From Methylobacter sp. (lineage in GTDB: Bacteria; Pseudomonadota; Gammaproteobacteria; Methylococcales; Methylomonadaceae), in the NCBI GenBank assembly GCA_004299305.1, contig SCPZ01000109.1:44918-108917 (forward strand): a DNA stretch of 64,000 nt. Reading direction: 5' to 3'. Positions 18,906 to 27,980 of this stretch are shown in pieces. Both the position numbers and the translations under genes were made by a program. Under the pieces are notes generated by a model. That model was not told the origin of the DNA. It saw only the letters and a program-made list of their open reading frames with translations, and made no database searches. Each line of letters begins with the position of its first letter. Position 1 is the first letter of the stretch.

Positions 18906-20531
18906 ATGTTAGTTTTTTTGTGCCGCTCTTCCTGGCTAACGATAGTCGGCGTACTGCTTACCGGCATTATCAGCGGATTATGCAGTGCCGCTTTGGTGGC
19001 GGTAATTAATTCGACATTGTCGAATACCTTAGATGTCAGGCTTTTACCGTGGTTGTTTGTCGGCCTGTCTGTTGCGGTATTGTTCAGCGGTTTTTTATCG
19101 CATTATCTGCTCAACAGGCTCAGCGCTAAAATTGTCTGTGATCTTCGTATTCAAATCAGCCGATTAATACTCGCCGCACCCTATCCTTATCTGCAAAAAC
19201 TCGGCAAGTCGGCATTATTGACTAACCTGACCGAGGACATCACTGCGATTGCCAATGCCAGTCAATTATTGCCGATAGTTTGCATTAATTTTGCGGTCGT
19301 AGCAGGCAGTATGGCCTATCTGAGCTGGCTATCCTGGCAGTTGGCCCTGGTTTTGGCCGGAGTGATTGTATTCGGAGTCTTGAGCTCCAGTTTATTCAGG
19401 GAGTGGCCGAAAAAAGCCGTACTCAAGGCGCGGGAGGAATACGATGTGCTCAGCGGCGATTTTCGGGCCTTGACGGAAGGCGTCCGAGAGCTGAAATTAC
19501 ACAAGCAGCGTAGCGATGCGTTTATGGCGCAGTCGCTGGCGGCCAGCGCCGAAGCCTATCGCCGATACTCTTTTCGGGGAGCGGTGAGTTATTTGCTGGT
19601 TAATCAATGGGCGCAGCTTCTGTATTACTTGGCCATAGGTGTGATCCTCTATGTTTTTCCGGTTTGGCAGGTTATCGATCAGAAGGTGATCGGCGGTTAT
19701 ACCTTGGTATTTTTGTTTATGATGTCGCCGTTAACCATACTCACTAACAGTTTGCCGGTGTTTAGCCGTGCCAATGTGTCGTTGCAAAAAGTCCGGCAGC
19801 TCGGCGATCAGCTCAATAGCCGGATTGTACCGGCTGATACAGCCGATACATCGGAGGCTTGCGCGGGCTTTTCCGGGTTGTCGCTACAAGGCGTGACGCA
19901 TAGTTTTCATCGGGAAAAGGAAAATCGTAATTTTACCTTGGGGCCTGTCGACCTGGACTTTAAGTCCGGGGAACTGGTGTTTTTGATCGGCGGCAACGGC
20001 AGCGGCAAGACTACGTTGGCAATGTTGCTGATAGGGCTCTATATGCCCGAGCAAGGGATTATTCGTTGGAATGGAAAGATCGTCGACAACGCTAACAGGG
20101 ATGATTATTTACAAAACTTCTCGGTGATTTTTTCGGATTTTTATTTATTCGACGAGCTGTATGGGGTCGATAATGGGAATATCCTGGTCGCCGATTATTT
20201 GCAACGCTTGCACTTACATCATAAGGTGCAGGTTGAGAATGGCCGGTTTTCCTCGGTGAATTTGTCGCAAGGCCAGCGTAAACGTCTGGCGCTGTTGGTC
20301 GCTTATCTGGAAGATCGGCCTTTTTACGTTTTCGACGAATGGGCGGCGGATCAAGATCCCGAATTCAAACACTTATTCTATACGGAGCTGTTGCCGGCCT
20401 TAAAAAAACGCGGCAAAACAGTGTTGATTATCAGTCATGACGATCGCTATTTCTATTTGGCGGATCGCTGTATCAAGCTGGAAGAAGGCCGGATTATAGC
20501 CATCGAAAAGCCGGTAGCAGTCGGCAATTAG
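18906..20531 (+). CDS. Cyclic-peptide export ABC transporter (PvdE/SyrD/YojI family)
   Basis: 6-TM domain fused to an NBD; GGNGSGKTT, LSQGQRKRLALL, VFDEWAADQDPEFK, ISHDD. Confidence 0.95.
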   Translation: MLVFLCRSSWLTIVGVLLTGIISGLCSAALVAVINSTLSNTLDVRLLPWLFVGLSVAVLFSGFLSHYLLNRLSAKIVCDLRIQISRLILAAPYPYLQKLGKSALLTNLTEDITAIANASQLLPIVCINFAVVAGSMAYLSWLSWQLALVLAGVIVFGVLSSSLFREWPKKAVLKAREEYDVLSGDFRALTEGVRELKLHKQRSDAFMAQSLAASAEAYRRYSFRGAVSYLLVNQWAQLLYYLAIGVILYVFPVWQVIDQKVIGGYTLVFLFMMSPLTILTNSLPVFSRANVSLQKVRQLGDQLNSRIVPADTADTSEACAGFSGLSLQGVTHSFHREKENRNFTLGPVDLDFKSGELVFLIGGNGSGKTTLAMLLIGLYMPEQGIIRWNGKIVDNANRDDYLQNFSVIFSDFYLFDELYGVDNGNILVADYLQRLHLHHKVQVENGRFSSVNLSQGQRKRLALLVAYLEDRPFYVFDEWAADQDPEFKHLFYTELLPALKKRGKTVLIISHDDRYFYLADRCIKLEEGRIIAIEKPVAVGN

Positions 20532-20717
20532 AAAGTTGAGCCGCTGATGAGCGACAGGTTATACAGCAATTTTTTGCAGCGCTATTTGAGAGAGGCGCAA
20601 GCTGGCGTGGCATAATGTCTTATTAGTGTTTATCTGTGTAAATGTGTGCTTGACTAAAGTTTTTTAAGGTTATTGAAAATCAGCATCTACTGGGTAGTAA
20701 CAATTCCATAATATTGG

Positions 20718-23135
20718 ATGGCAAGAGTGAATATTCGAAAAATTATCATATATAGCGGCTTGGGCTTGGTGAGTGTGGCGGCTGTCGCTATCGGCGGCGG
20801 TTTTTGGGTCTTGCATGGGGCTATGCCGCAACTCGACGGCACGGTGAAACTGGATCGGCTGACGGCGGAGGTTCGCGTATATACTGATGCACACGGTATC
20901 CCGGTCATCAATGCCGCTAACCGTATTGATGCGGTTCGGGCATTGGGTTATGTCACCGCCCGCGACCGTTTGTTCCAGATGGAGTTAATGCGGCGCAGAA
21001 GTGCAGGGCGTTTGTCGGAAATCTTCGGCGCTTTGGCCTTGGACAGCGACATCAAAGCCCGAACCTACGGATTTCACCGGGAGACAAAAGCGATACTGGC
21101 AAAACTGCCGTCGACGCATCTGCATTACCTGCAAAGCTACGCCGACGGCATCAACAGTTATATGGCGGAATCCGGCAAACTGCCTTTCGAGTTTACGGTG
21201 CTGGGTTATCAACCGGAGCCTTGGACAATCGAGGACAGTCTGCTGGTTGTATTAGGCATGTGCGAGAATTTGACTGCCGGTGAGGAAAGCGGCGAGCGCA
21301 TGTTGACGGTGATGGAAAAAACCTTGCCGGATGCGGCCATGCGTTTTTTAACGCCGGATACCGATTTTTATACCGAACAGCTGCAAAAGCAGGCCGAATC
21401 GTTGCGTCCCGCACAAGCGATTCCTGTCGAAGCGTTGGCAAGCGCATTGGGCCGACAACCGGCGGATAAGACATTGTCGGCCCAGTTGGTTCAGCAGTCC
21501 GATTTAATGCTCGGCTCCAATGCCTGGGCGGTCAGCGGTAAGCTTACCGGGGATGGCCGGGCTATTCTGGCTAACGATATGCATTTGGGTATATCGGTGC
21601 CCAATATTTGGTATCGCATCGAACTGAATTACGGCGATACACATGCCGCAGGCGTGACCTTGCCCGGTACGCCTTTATTAATTGTCGGCAGCAACCGCCA
21701 TATCGCCTGGGGAACAACCAATCTTACCGGCGATTTCCTGGATTTGGTCAAGCTTGACATTAATCCTGCCGATCCCGGTCAATACCGGGTAGGCGATCAA
21801 TGGCAGCGCTTCGACGAGTATCCTGAAACTATTCTTGTCAAAGGCGGCGGCGCCAAACAGATCATGGTCAAACAGACCCGCTGGGGACCGGTTGCAAGTC
21901 AGCCGTTGCTGGACCAGCCGGTAGCCATTCACTGGGTGGCGCTGGATGCCGATGCGATGAACCTCAATTTATTTGATTTGGAGCAAGGCGAAACCCTGGA
22001 ACAAGCGGTAAAGATAGTCAACAGCGGCGGCGGTCCGCAGTTGAATATTTTATTGGCTGACGACCAAGGCCATATCGCCTGGACCTTGATGGGCAAAATC
22101 CCCAAGCGCTTCGGCAATGACGGCTTGACCAGCCGCTCCTGGGCGGATGGCAGTGTGGGCTGGAATGGTTATGTCGAACCCGAGAATTTGCCTCGGGTTA
22201 TCGATCCTCCCGAAGGCTTTTTGGCATCGGCCAATGACCGGCGCGTGGGCAAAAATTATCCATATATCATCGGCCACCAATTCGGTAACGGTTACCGAGC
22301 CTATAGGATTACCCAACAGCTTAAACAAATGTCCAAGATTGGCGAACAGGCCATGCTCTATCTGCAACTTGATACCGAAAGCGAGTTCTATGGCTTTTAT
22401 CAGCAGTTGGCTTTAAATAGCCTGAGCGCCGAAGCGATTGCGTTGCAACCGGAGTTGGCCGAGGCGCGCGACTATCTGTTGGCCTGGGATGGCCGGGCCG
22501 ATGTCGACAGTCTGGGTTTTGCCTTGCTGGTTGAGTTTCGTAAGCAATTGGCCGAGGCGGTATTTGCGCCGTTTTTATCGGCCAGTCGGCAGGCCGATAA
22601 AAATTTCAGCTACTCATGGACTTATATCGATACGCCGTTGCAAGCCCTGCTGAACGAAAAGTTGCCGCACACATTGCCCGATGCGGCGCATTATCGAAAT
22701 TGGAACGATTTTATTCGGGGGCAATTGAAACTCAGTATACAGAAGCTGCAAGCTCAACATCCAGGGATGGCATTAATGGAATTGACCTGGGGCAAGCAGA
22801 ATATAATCAAGCATATGCATCCATTTTCCAGGGCATTGCCGATACTGAGCGATTTGCTTGATATGCCGGGCGAGGCATTGCCGGGCTGCGCTTTTTGCGT
22901 TCGTGCGGCGGGACCCGTGTTCGGGGCCAGCGAACGGCTGGTTGTCTCGCCGGGGCATTTTGAAGACGCTATTCTACACATGCCCGGCGGCCAATCCGGT
23001 CAGCCCTTGTCGCCTTATTACCGGGATCAGCAGAACTATTGGTTAAAGGGCTTACCGATACCATTGACGGCTGGAAAGTCTGAGCATACCTTGTTGTTAC
23101 AGCCGCATAAGGTACAAAATCCTGGCGGAATATAA
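20718..23135 (+). CDS. Ntn-hydrolase acylase (penicillin acylase/PvdQ-like, peptidase S45)
   Basis: N-terminal anchor, DAHGIPVI, ARDRLFQM, autocleavage motif GSNAWAVSG..LANDMHL, HMPGGQSGQPLSPYYRDQ. Confidence 0.92.
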   Translation: MARVNIRKIIIYSGLGLVSVAAVAIGGGFWVLHGAMPQLDGTVKLDRLTAEVRVYTDAHGIPVINAANRIDAVRALGYVTARDRLFQMELMRRRSAGRLSEIFGALALDSDIKARTYGFHRETKAILAKLPSTHLHYLQSYADGINSYMAESGKLPFEFTVLGYQPEPWTIEDSLLVVLGMCENLTAGEESGERMLTVMEKTLPDAAMRFLTPDTDFYTEQLQKQAESLRPAQAIPVEALASALGRQPADKTLSAQLVQQSDLMLGSNAWAVSGKLTGDGRAILANDMHLGISVPNIWYRIELNYGDTHAAGVTLPGTPLLIVGSNRHIAWGTTNLTGDFLDLVKLDINPADPGQYRVGDQWQRFDEYPETILVKGGGAKQIMVKQTRWGPVASQPLLDQPVAIHWVALDADAMNLNLFDLEQGETLEQAVKIVNSGGGPQLNILLADDQGHIAWTLMGKIPKRFGNDGLTSRSWADGSVGWNGYVEPENLPRVIDPPEGFLASANDRRVGKNYPYIIGHQFGNGYRAYRITQQLKQMSKIGEQAMLYLQLDTESEFYGFYQQLALNSLSAEAIALQPELAEARDYLLAWDGRADVDSLGFALLVEFRKQLAEAVFAPFLSASRQADKNFSYSWTYIDTPLQALLNEKLPHTLPDAAHYRNWNDFIRGQLKLSIQKLQAQHPGMALMELTWGKQNIIKHMHPFSRALPILSDLLDMPGEALPGCAFCVRAAGPVFGASERLVVSPGHFEDAILHMPGGQSGQPLSPYYRDQQNYWLKGLPIPLTAGKSEHTLLLQPHKVQNPGGI

Positions 23136-23267
23136 TAAACGGCAGGTTTTAAGCAGAATAGACATTATGGAACGTAACGCTTCAGTGATTTCAACGGCTC
23201 GGCGCTTTTGTTGCAGATTGTTTTCGGGCCACGGGGAGCTTTCCATGCATAAACCGAGTAGTTACTT

Positions 23268-24248
23268 ATGAAACAAGAAAACCAGAAGAACAGTTTGGAA
23301 TCCGGACTTGACAACGATATTGACGAGCAAGCGGCGGCTTGGTTTATAAGGCTGCGGGCCGACAATGTCTCCGGCGAGGAAAAGGGGGCATTTCTTCGAT
23401 GGTTGAACCAGGATGACGCGCATAGAGATACCTTTAATGAAATCAGCAAATTGTGGGGCGATGCCGATTTGCTGCAAGCGCTAGTTGAAACCGGACAAAA
23501 ACATCGCATAGCACCCTGTAAAAAAACAACAGCCGTTAATAAATTTAAACTGCCGCTGGCAATGGCGGCTGGTTTGGCTTTAGCTTTGCTGTTTCAGGGC
23601 GAATTGGCGATTTTGATGCAAAGCGATTATTCGACCAGGATAGGCGAACGAAAAACCGTTTATTTCGATGACGGTTCAACGGCGATGCTCAATACCGACA
23701 GTTCCATTGCCGTCAGCATGGATGGCCCTCAACGCAGGGTCGAACTGCTGAAGGGCGAGGCTTACTTCGAGGTTAAACCCGATCCCAATCGGCCGTTTAT
23801 TGTTCAAGCCGGACATTCGGCGACCCGCGTACTGGGCACACGGTTTTTCGTGCATGAAAAGAGCGATAGCGATGAAGTTAAAGTCGTATCAGGCCGCGTT
23901 GAAGTGGGCAATCGGCACAGCTTGGAGCCGCCATTGATTTTGCATGATCGCGAAGCTGTATCGGTCGATGCCGAAGGGCTGGGCGAAACCCGGTTACTGG
24001 ATTCGGCGCTGACCACATCCTGGGTGAACGGTTTTTTGGTGTTTGAGAATGCGTCCCTGGAGAGCGTTATTAGCCAGATCCGCCGCTACAGGCGTGGTAT
24101 GGTGGTCTACAAGGACAATACTTTACGTAAACTCGAAATCAATGGCCGCATCAATTTGCGCGAATCGGACGACATGCTGAAAGTATTGGGCAAAAACCTG
24201 TCGGTAAGAATGACCTATCTGAGCGACTGGTTGGTGATTGTCGGGTGA
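23268..24248 (+). CDS. FecR-family anti-sigma/transmembrane signal transducer
   Basis: EQAAAWFIRL..FLRWL, a TM segment, STRIGERKTVYFDDGS..LNTDS, GEAYFEV, VLGTRF. Confidence 0.93.
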   Translation: MKQENQKNSLESGLDNDIDEQAAAWFIRLRADNVSGEEKGAFLRWLNQDDAHRDTFNEISKLWGDADLLQALVETGQKHRIAPCKKTTAVNKFKLPLAMAAGLALALLFQGELAILMQSDYSTRIGERKTVYFDDGSTAMLNTDSSIAVSMDGPQRRVELLKGEAYFEVKPDPNRPFIVQAGHSATRVLGTRFFVHEKSDSDEVKVVSGRVEVGNRHSLEPPLILHDREAVSVDAEGLGETRLLDSALTTSWVNGFLVFENASLESVISQIRRYRRGMVVYKDNTLRKLEINGRINLRESDDMLKVLGKNLSVRMTYLSDWLVIVG

Positions 24249-24251
24249 TGA

Positions 24252-24451
24252 GGCAACTCGCAAAAAATAAACTACCACACCCTATAATCTTGATAACTCA
24301 GCAGCTAGAAAAATGGAACACGGATGACGCGGATTAAACAGATTATCACTGATAAAACAATTAATTATGTATATTAAAAAATCCGTTCAAATCCGTCTCA
24401 TCCGTGTTCTATTGTATTTAATTTAGGTATTTTTATTTATTGCGAATTGCC
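24252..24451. mobile_element. MITE shell type F2 (GGCAACTCGCAA.AAATA ends) with CACGGAT/ATCCGTG hairpin cargo
   Basis: TGA duplicated at 24249-51 and 24452-54; terminal IRs GGCAACTCGCAAAAAATAAA / TTTATTTATTGCGAATTGCC; sits right after the fecR stop. Confidence 0.85.
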
Positions 24452-24552
24452 TGAGGGTTTTGAGTTATTTAAGGTGGGACGATTTTACAGGTAGCATTCC
24501 TCAAAACGATGTTGCCTGTCTTGCTTAGTTGGTAGCTCGTGTTGTTCAATAA

Positions 24553-24651
24553 GGAATGCGCACGAAATAACTTTGACAACTAGCTCCCTCTCCTGCTGGA
24601 GAGGGCTGGGGTGAGGAGAATAAAATACATAAGTTATTTCAGGCACATTCC
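24553..24651. mobile_element. F1 MITE with CCCTCTCC..GGAGAGGG..GGGGTGAGG REP-like cargo
   Basis: TAA duplicated at 24550-52 and 24652-54; IRs GGAATGCGCACGAAATAACTT / AAGTTATTTCAGGCACATTCC. Confidence 0.85.
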
Positions 24652-24659
24652 TAAATGAC

Positions 24660-24688
24660 TTGTAAAGTGTAAAGCGTAAAGATACACT
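24660..24688 (+). promoter_or_regulatory. Sigma70 promoter of higBA, probably leaderless, with triple (T/C)GTAAAG repeat (putative operator)
   Basis: TTGTAA-17 nt-TACACT, 5 nt before ATG 24694, no RBS; TGTAAAG TGTAAAG CGTAAAG in the spacer. Confidence 0.55.
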
Positions 24689-24693
24689 CGGCT

Positions 24694-24954
24694 ATGATTA
24701 AGAGCTACCGGCATAAAGGTATCCAACAATTTTTTGAAACCGGCTCGAAAGCCGGTATTGCAGCGGAACATGAAGCAAAATTGGCCTTGCTTAATGTGGT
24801 CAAAGGCCCGCTTGAAATGGATGTGGCAGGCTGGAAGTTGCATCAACTAAAAGGTGAACTGGCCGAACATTGGGCGGTAAAAGTAAGCGGCAACTGGCGG
24901 CTCACATTCACGTTTGAAGGCGAAGATGCAATTTTGGTTGATTACCAAGATTAG
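24694..24954 (+). pseudogene. higB: HigB (RelE/ParE killer-protein family) toxin, truncated at its last two codons by a MITE
   Basis: MIKSYRHKG...WKLHQLKG..HWAVKVSGNWRLTF.F...VDYQD. Removing the element restores CAA GAT TAT CAC TGA (QDYH*). Confidence 0.85.
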
Positions 24955-25111
24955 GCGATTTCCTGCGAAAAATATACCCACCTGACTGGTCTTTTTGTCC
25001 GTCTGCTGCGTTGTAAAAATGGTTGCATAGCTCGCTATGCGCCCATTTTTACGCCTTGCAGACGAACAAAAATCCTGCGTCATTTGGGTATATTTATTCT
25101 TGGCAATCGCC
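24954..25111. mobile_element. MITE shell type F4, 158 bp
   Basis: TTA duplicated at 24951-53 and 25112-14; IRs GGCGATTTCCTGCGAAAAATATACCC / GGGTATATTTATTCTTGGCAATCGCC; 5 differences from the inverted copy at 63497-63654. Confidence 0.92.
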
Positions 25112-25133
25112 TTATCACTGACAGGTGTTCGAT

Positions 25134-25429
25134 ATGACTATGTTTAATCCGCCCATCCGGGCAGTATTTTAAAACAAGACGTTTTGCCTGAGCTAGGTAT
25201 CGGCGTAACAGAAGCCGCCGCACAACTTGGCGTATCGCGTGTTGCTTTGTCCCGTGTCATCAATGGCCGGGCGGCTATCAGTGCAGATATGGCGATTCGC
25301 CTTGAAGCCTGGATGAACGGCCCCACCGCCGAAAGCTGGGTGCGTATGCAAGCAGAATACGACCTCTGGCAAGCCAGACAGAAGCCGCGCCCCAACATTA
25401 AACCGGTGGCAATGCCTCATACAGCCTAA
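25134..25429 (+). pseudogene. higA: HigA antitoxin with a 1-nt deletion near codon 7
   Basis: ATG 25134 with RBS reads MTMFNPP then shifts. Adding one base in CCGCCCATCCGGGC gives (P)HPGSILKQDVLPELG..., continuous with the ORF at 25184 (HTH, AISADMAIRL, ESWVRMQAEYDLW). Confidence 0.8.
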
Positions 25430-25578
25430 CCGCGCATCGAGACCTTACGAGCAAATCGTTATTTCCCCACTGTGTTCCACATAGAACCAAATCCCTGAGC
25501 CTCATGCGTAACATTCAGTTAATCAGTATCCTGATGTTTGTCTGCTCCAATGCAAATGACTTTTCGGCTATTTAAGAT

Positions 25579-26724
25579 ATGACTTCACCGGGCAAAAAAC
25601 CACTCATTATCATCATAGGTATTGCGCTGATTGTTGCAGCTTATGTTTTTAATAAACCGACAAAATTCGTTGATGTTGAAATCGTCACACTCGAACAAGG
25701 CGAGGTGAGGGCGACGGTATCCAACACCCGCGTCGGTACGGTTAAAGCCTGTCGGCGCGCTTATCTGGCGCCTGCCACAGGCGGGCAAGTCGCTATGTTG
25801 CATGTCAAAGAAGGCGACAGCGTTAAACAAAATCAGTTGCTGCTGGAGGTTTGGAATAAGGACCTGAAAGCGCAGGTCAAATTGCAGGACGCCCAAATCA
25901 GGGCCAACCGGGCATCGGCCGAACAAGCCTGCCAACTTGGCGCAGGGGCTGAACGCGAGGCTGATCGCGTGTCGCGCCTGCAAAAATTCGATCATCTTGT
26001 TTCTGAAGAACAGGTCGATATTAAAGCGACCGGCGCACGCGCTAAGCGGGCATCCTGCACTGCCGCTGTTGAGGCTATCGCGGTCAGCCAAGCCAACCGC
26101 GATGTGGTTCAGGCCGCTGTCGAACGCACCTTGGTTGTCGCGCCTTTTGACGGTACGGTGGCTGAAATCAATGCCGAACTAGGGGAGTTTATTACGCCGT
26201 CGCCTCCCGGCATTCCGACCTTACCGGCCATCGACTTACTGGATGTCAGTTGTTTATATGTGTCCGCGCCGATTGATGAAGTGGATGCGCCGCAGATCAA
26301 AACCGGCATGAGCGCTTGTGTGACGCTGGATGCCTTTGCCGAAAAACGTTGCTCCGGTACGGTAAGCCGCATTGCTCCCTACGTGTTGGAAAAAGAAAAA
26401 CAGGCGCGCACCGTCGAGGTTGAAGTTAAATTAACCGATCCCAAAGATCTTAACGGGCTGTTGCCCGGCTACAGCGCCGATATTGAAGTCTTGTTGTCCA
26501 GCAAACCACAGGCGCTAAGGGTGCCTGCCGAAGCGGTACTGGAAAATAACCGGGTTCTGCTGATGCGGGCGGACGGCTTGCTGGAAGAGCGCAGCTTTAA
26601 GCCGGGCCTGGTCAACTGGAACACCGTAGAAGTGCTGTCGGGCCTGAATGTCGGCGATAAAGTCGTGTTGTCGGTAGGCCGGGATGGCGTGGTGGCAGGC
26701 GCTTATGCCCGCGTACAAAAATGA
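25579..26724 (+). CDS. MacA-like periplasmic adaptor of an ABC efflux system
   Basis: N-terminal TM, lipoyl halves, coiled coil, APIDEVDA, LLPGYSADIE. Confidence 0.9.
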   Translation: MTSPGKKPLIIIIGIALIVAAYVFNKPTKFVDVEIVTLEQGEVRATVSNTRVGTVKACRRAYLAPATGGQVAMLHVKEGDSVKQNQLLLEVWNKDLKAQVKLQDAQIRANRASAEQACQLGAGAEREADRVSRLQKFDHLVSEEQVDIKATGARAKRASCTAAVEAIAVSQANRDVVQAAVERTLVVAPFDGTVAEINAELGEFITPSPPGIPTLPAIDLLDVSCLYVSAPIDEVDAPQIKTGMSACVTLDAFAEKRCSGTVSRIAPYVLEKEKQARTVEVEVKLTDPKDLNGLLPGYSADIEVLLSSKPQALRVPAEAVLENNRVLLMRADGLLEERSFKPGLVNWNTVEVLSGLNVGDKVVLSVGRDGVVAGAYARVQK

Positions 26725-27380
26725 TACGCTTGGAACATATCCATCGCTATTTTCAGGTAGGCGATCAAACCGTTCATGCCTTGAATGACATTAATGTCAA
26801 CATCGAAAAGGGCGAATATGTGTCAGTGATGGGGCCGTCAGGTTCCGGTAAATCGACGTTATTAAATGTCATAGCCCTACTTGATCAGCCCAGCTCAGGG
26901 CTATACCTGTTAAATAATCATCCGGTTACCCAGCTTAACGATGATGAACTCGCCAAAGTTCGCCGGGAAAACATCGGCTTTGTATTTCAGTTTTTTCATT
27001 TGATTCCGCGTTTGACGGCGGCAGAAAACATTGAAATACCGATGATATTGGCTGGCGTGGCGCTGAAGGAGCGTAAGCAACGGGTGCTGGATGCGCTGGT
27101 ATCGGTCAGCCTGCAAGATCGGGCCGAGCACAGGCCGGATCAGCTTTCCGGCGGGCAGCTACAGCGCGTCGCGATTGCCAGGGCGATGATCATGCGTCCT
27201 GCGATTTTATTGGCAGATGAGCCGACCGGCAATCTCGACAGTAAGTCCGGCAAGGAAATTGTCGAGTTATTGGAAGGACTTAACCGCCAGGGCGTAACCT
27301 TGGTGATTATTACCCATGACCAGGGGTTGGGTGACAGGGCAAAGCGGAAAATTCGTATTGTTGATGGGCGGATAGGGTAA
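26721..27380 (+). CDS. ABC ATP-binding protein (MacB/LolD-type NBD)
   Basis: GPSGSGKST, LSGGQLQRVAIARA, LLADEPTGNLD, ITHD; ATGA overlap with the adaptor gene. Confidence 0.95.
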   Translation: MIRLEHIHRYFQVGDQTVHALNDINVNIEKGEYVSVMGPSGSGKSTLLNVIALLDQPSSGLYLLNNHPVTQLNDDELAKVRRENIGFVFQFFHLIPRLTAAENIEIPMILAGVALKERKQRVLDALVSVSLQDRAEHRPDQLSGGQLQRVAIARAMIMRPAILLADEPTGNLDSKSGKEIVELLEGLNRQGVTLVIITHDQGLGDRAKRKIRIVDGRIG

Positions 27381-27593
27381 TTAGATTGCATAACTGCCGA
27401 GTTGTGCCGCAAAATGTGGTGATAGCTTTTACATGGTTTATCGAATTGGGAAGCGGGTCAGGTTAATTACCGATAGTAAAGAGTAATTTTATTCGCTTTT
27501 ATTGCGCAGCATGTTCCTTAAGCCACTCCTTCAAAGCTTCTTCATGCGGGTTTGCCAGCCTTTACCTTGGGCGCGGAATACTTCAAGTACGCT

Positions 27594-27770
27594 CATAATA
27601 AGGCGCTATCAAAACAACGTGTTTTCATTGAGCACGTTAACCGACGCTGTAAGATTTTCAGGGTTGTTAAAGATGTTTACCGGGGACAAGCACAAAAACT
27701 ACTCACTGACATGGAGTTTAGTTGCGGCTCTCGTCAACTTGCGCTACGGCTGTATTTAGGAAAGATGTCT
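27594..27770 (+). pseudogene. C-terminal remnant of an IS5-family (ISL2/DDE_Tnp_4-like) transposase, frameshifted
   Basis: HNKALSKQRVFIEHVNRRCKIFRVVKDVYRG, then a frameshift at ~27686 into KHKNYSLTWSLVAALVNLRY*; resembles the NR.LS..RV..EHV....KIF...YR...F.L...L.A...N pattern. Confidence 0.6.
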
Positions 27771-27980
27771 ATTGATTTGCATCTCGGCTTCTTACCAAAA
27801 AACACAGGATTTTTAGAGATGCCCATAAATTGAAAAAACGCTACCAAGATCAAAAAACATATAAATATCTATTGACCGACTATAGGAAAACACAATACCC
27901 TTAAAAACAAGAAAGCATTGTTCAATATTGGGGCGAGGCTTTCGATTTTCCTATTAAACAATATTTTAAGGATACCCACC

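Noticed and set aside
1-24248. Calling the cluster pyoverdine
   Set aside because: No pvdA/pvdF/pvdH/pvdP/pvdN/pvdO-like genes are in view, and reductase release plus sulfo/glyco/carbamoyl tailoring do not fit. Only the logistics are analogous.
24847-25083. ORFs 24847-25083 and 63423-63698 share a peptide (QDFCS..RRKNGRIASYATIFTTQ) and look like a gene family
   Set aside because: The similarity is entirely the F4 MITE read in frame; there is no RBS, and the first overlaps higB.
27594-27770. IS5-like remnant as the transposase source for the TNA-flanked MITEs
   Set aside because: Its right flank does not match any F1/F2/F4 end, and it is truncated and frameshifted, so no link can be shown.
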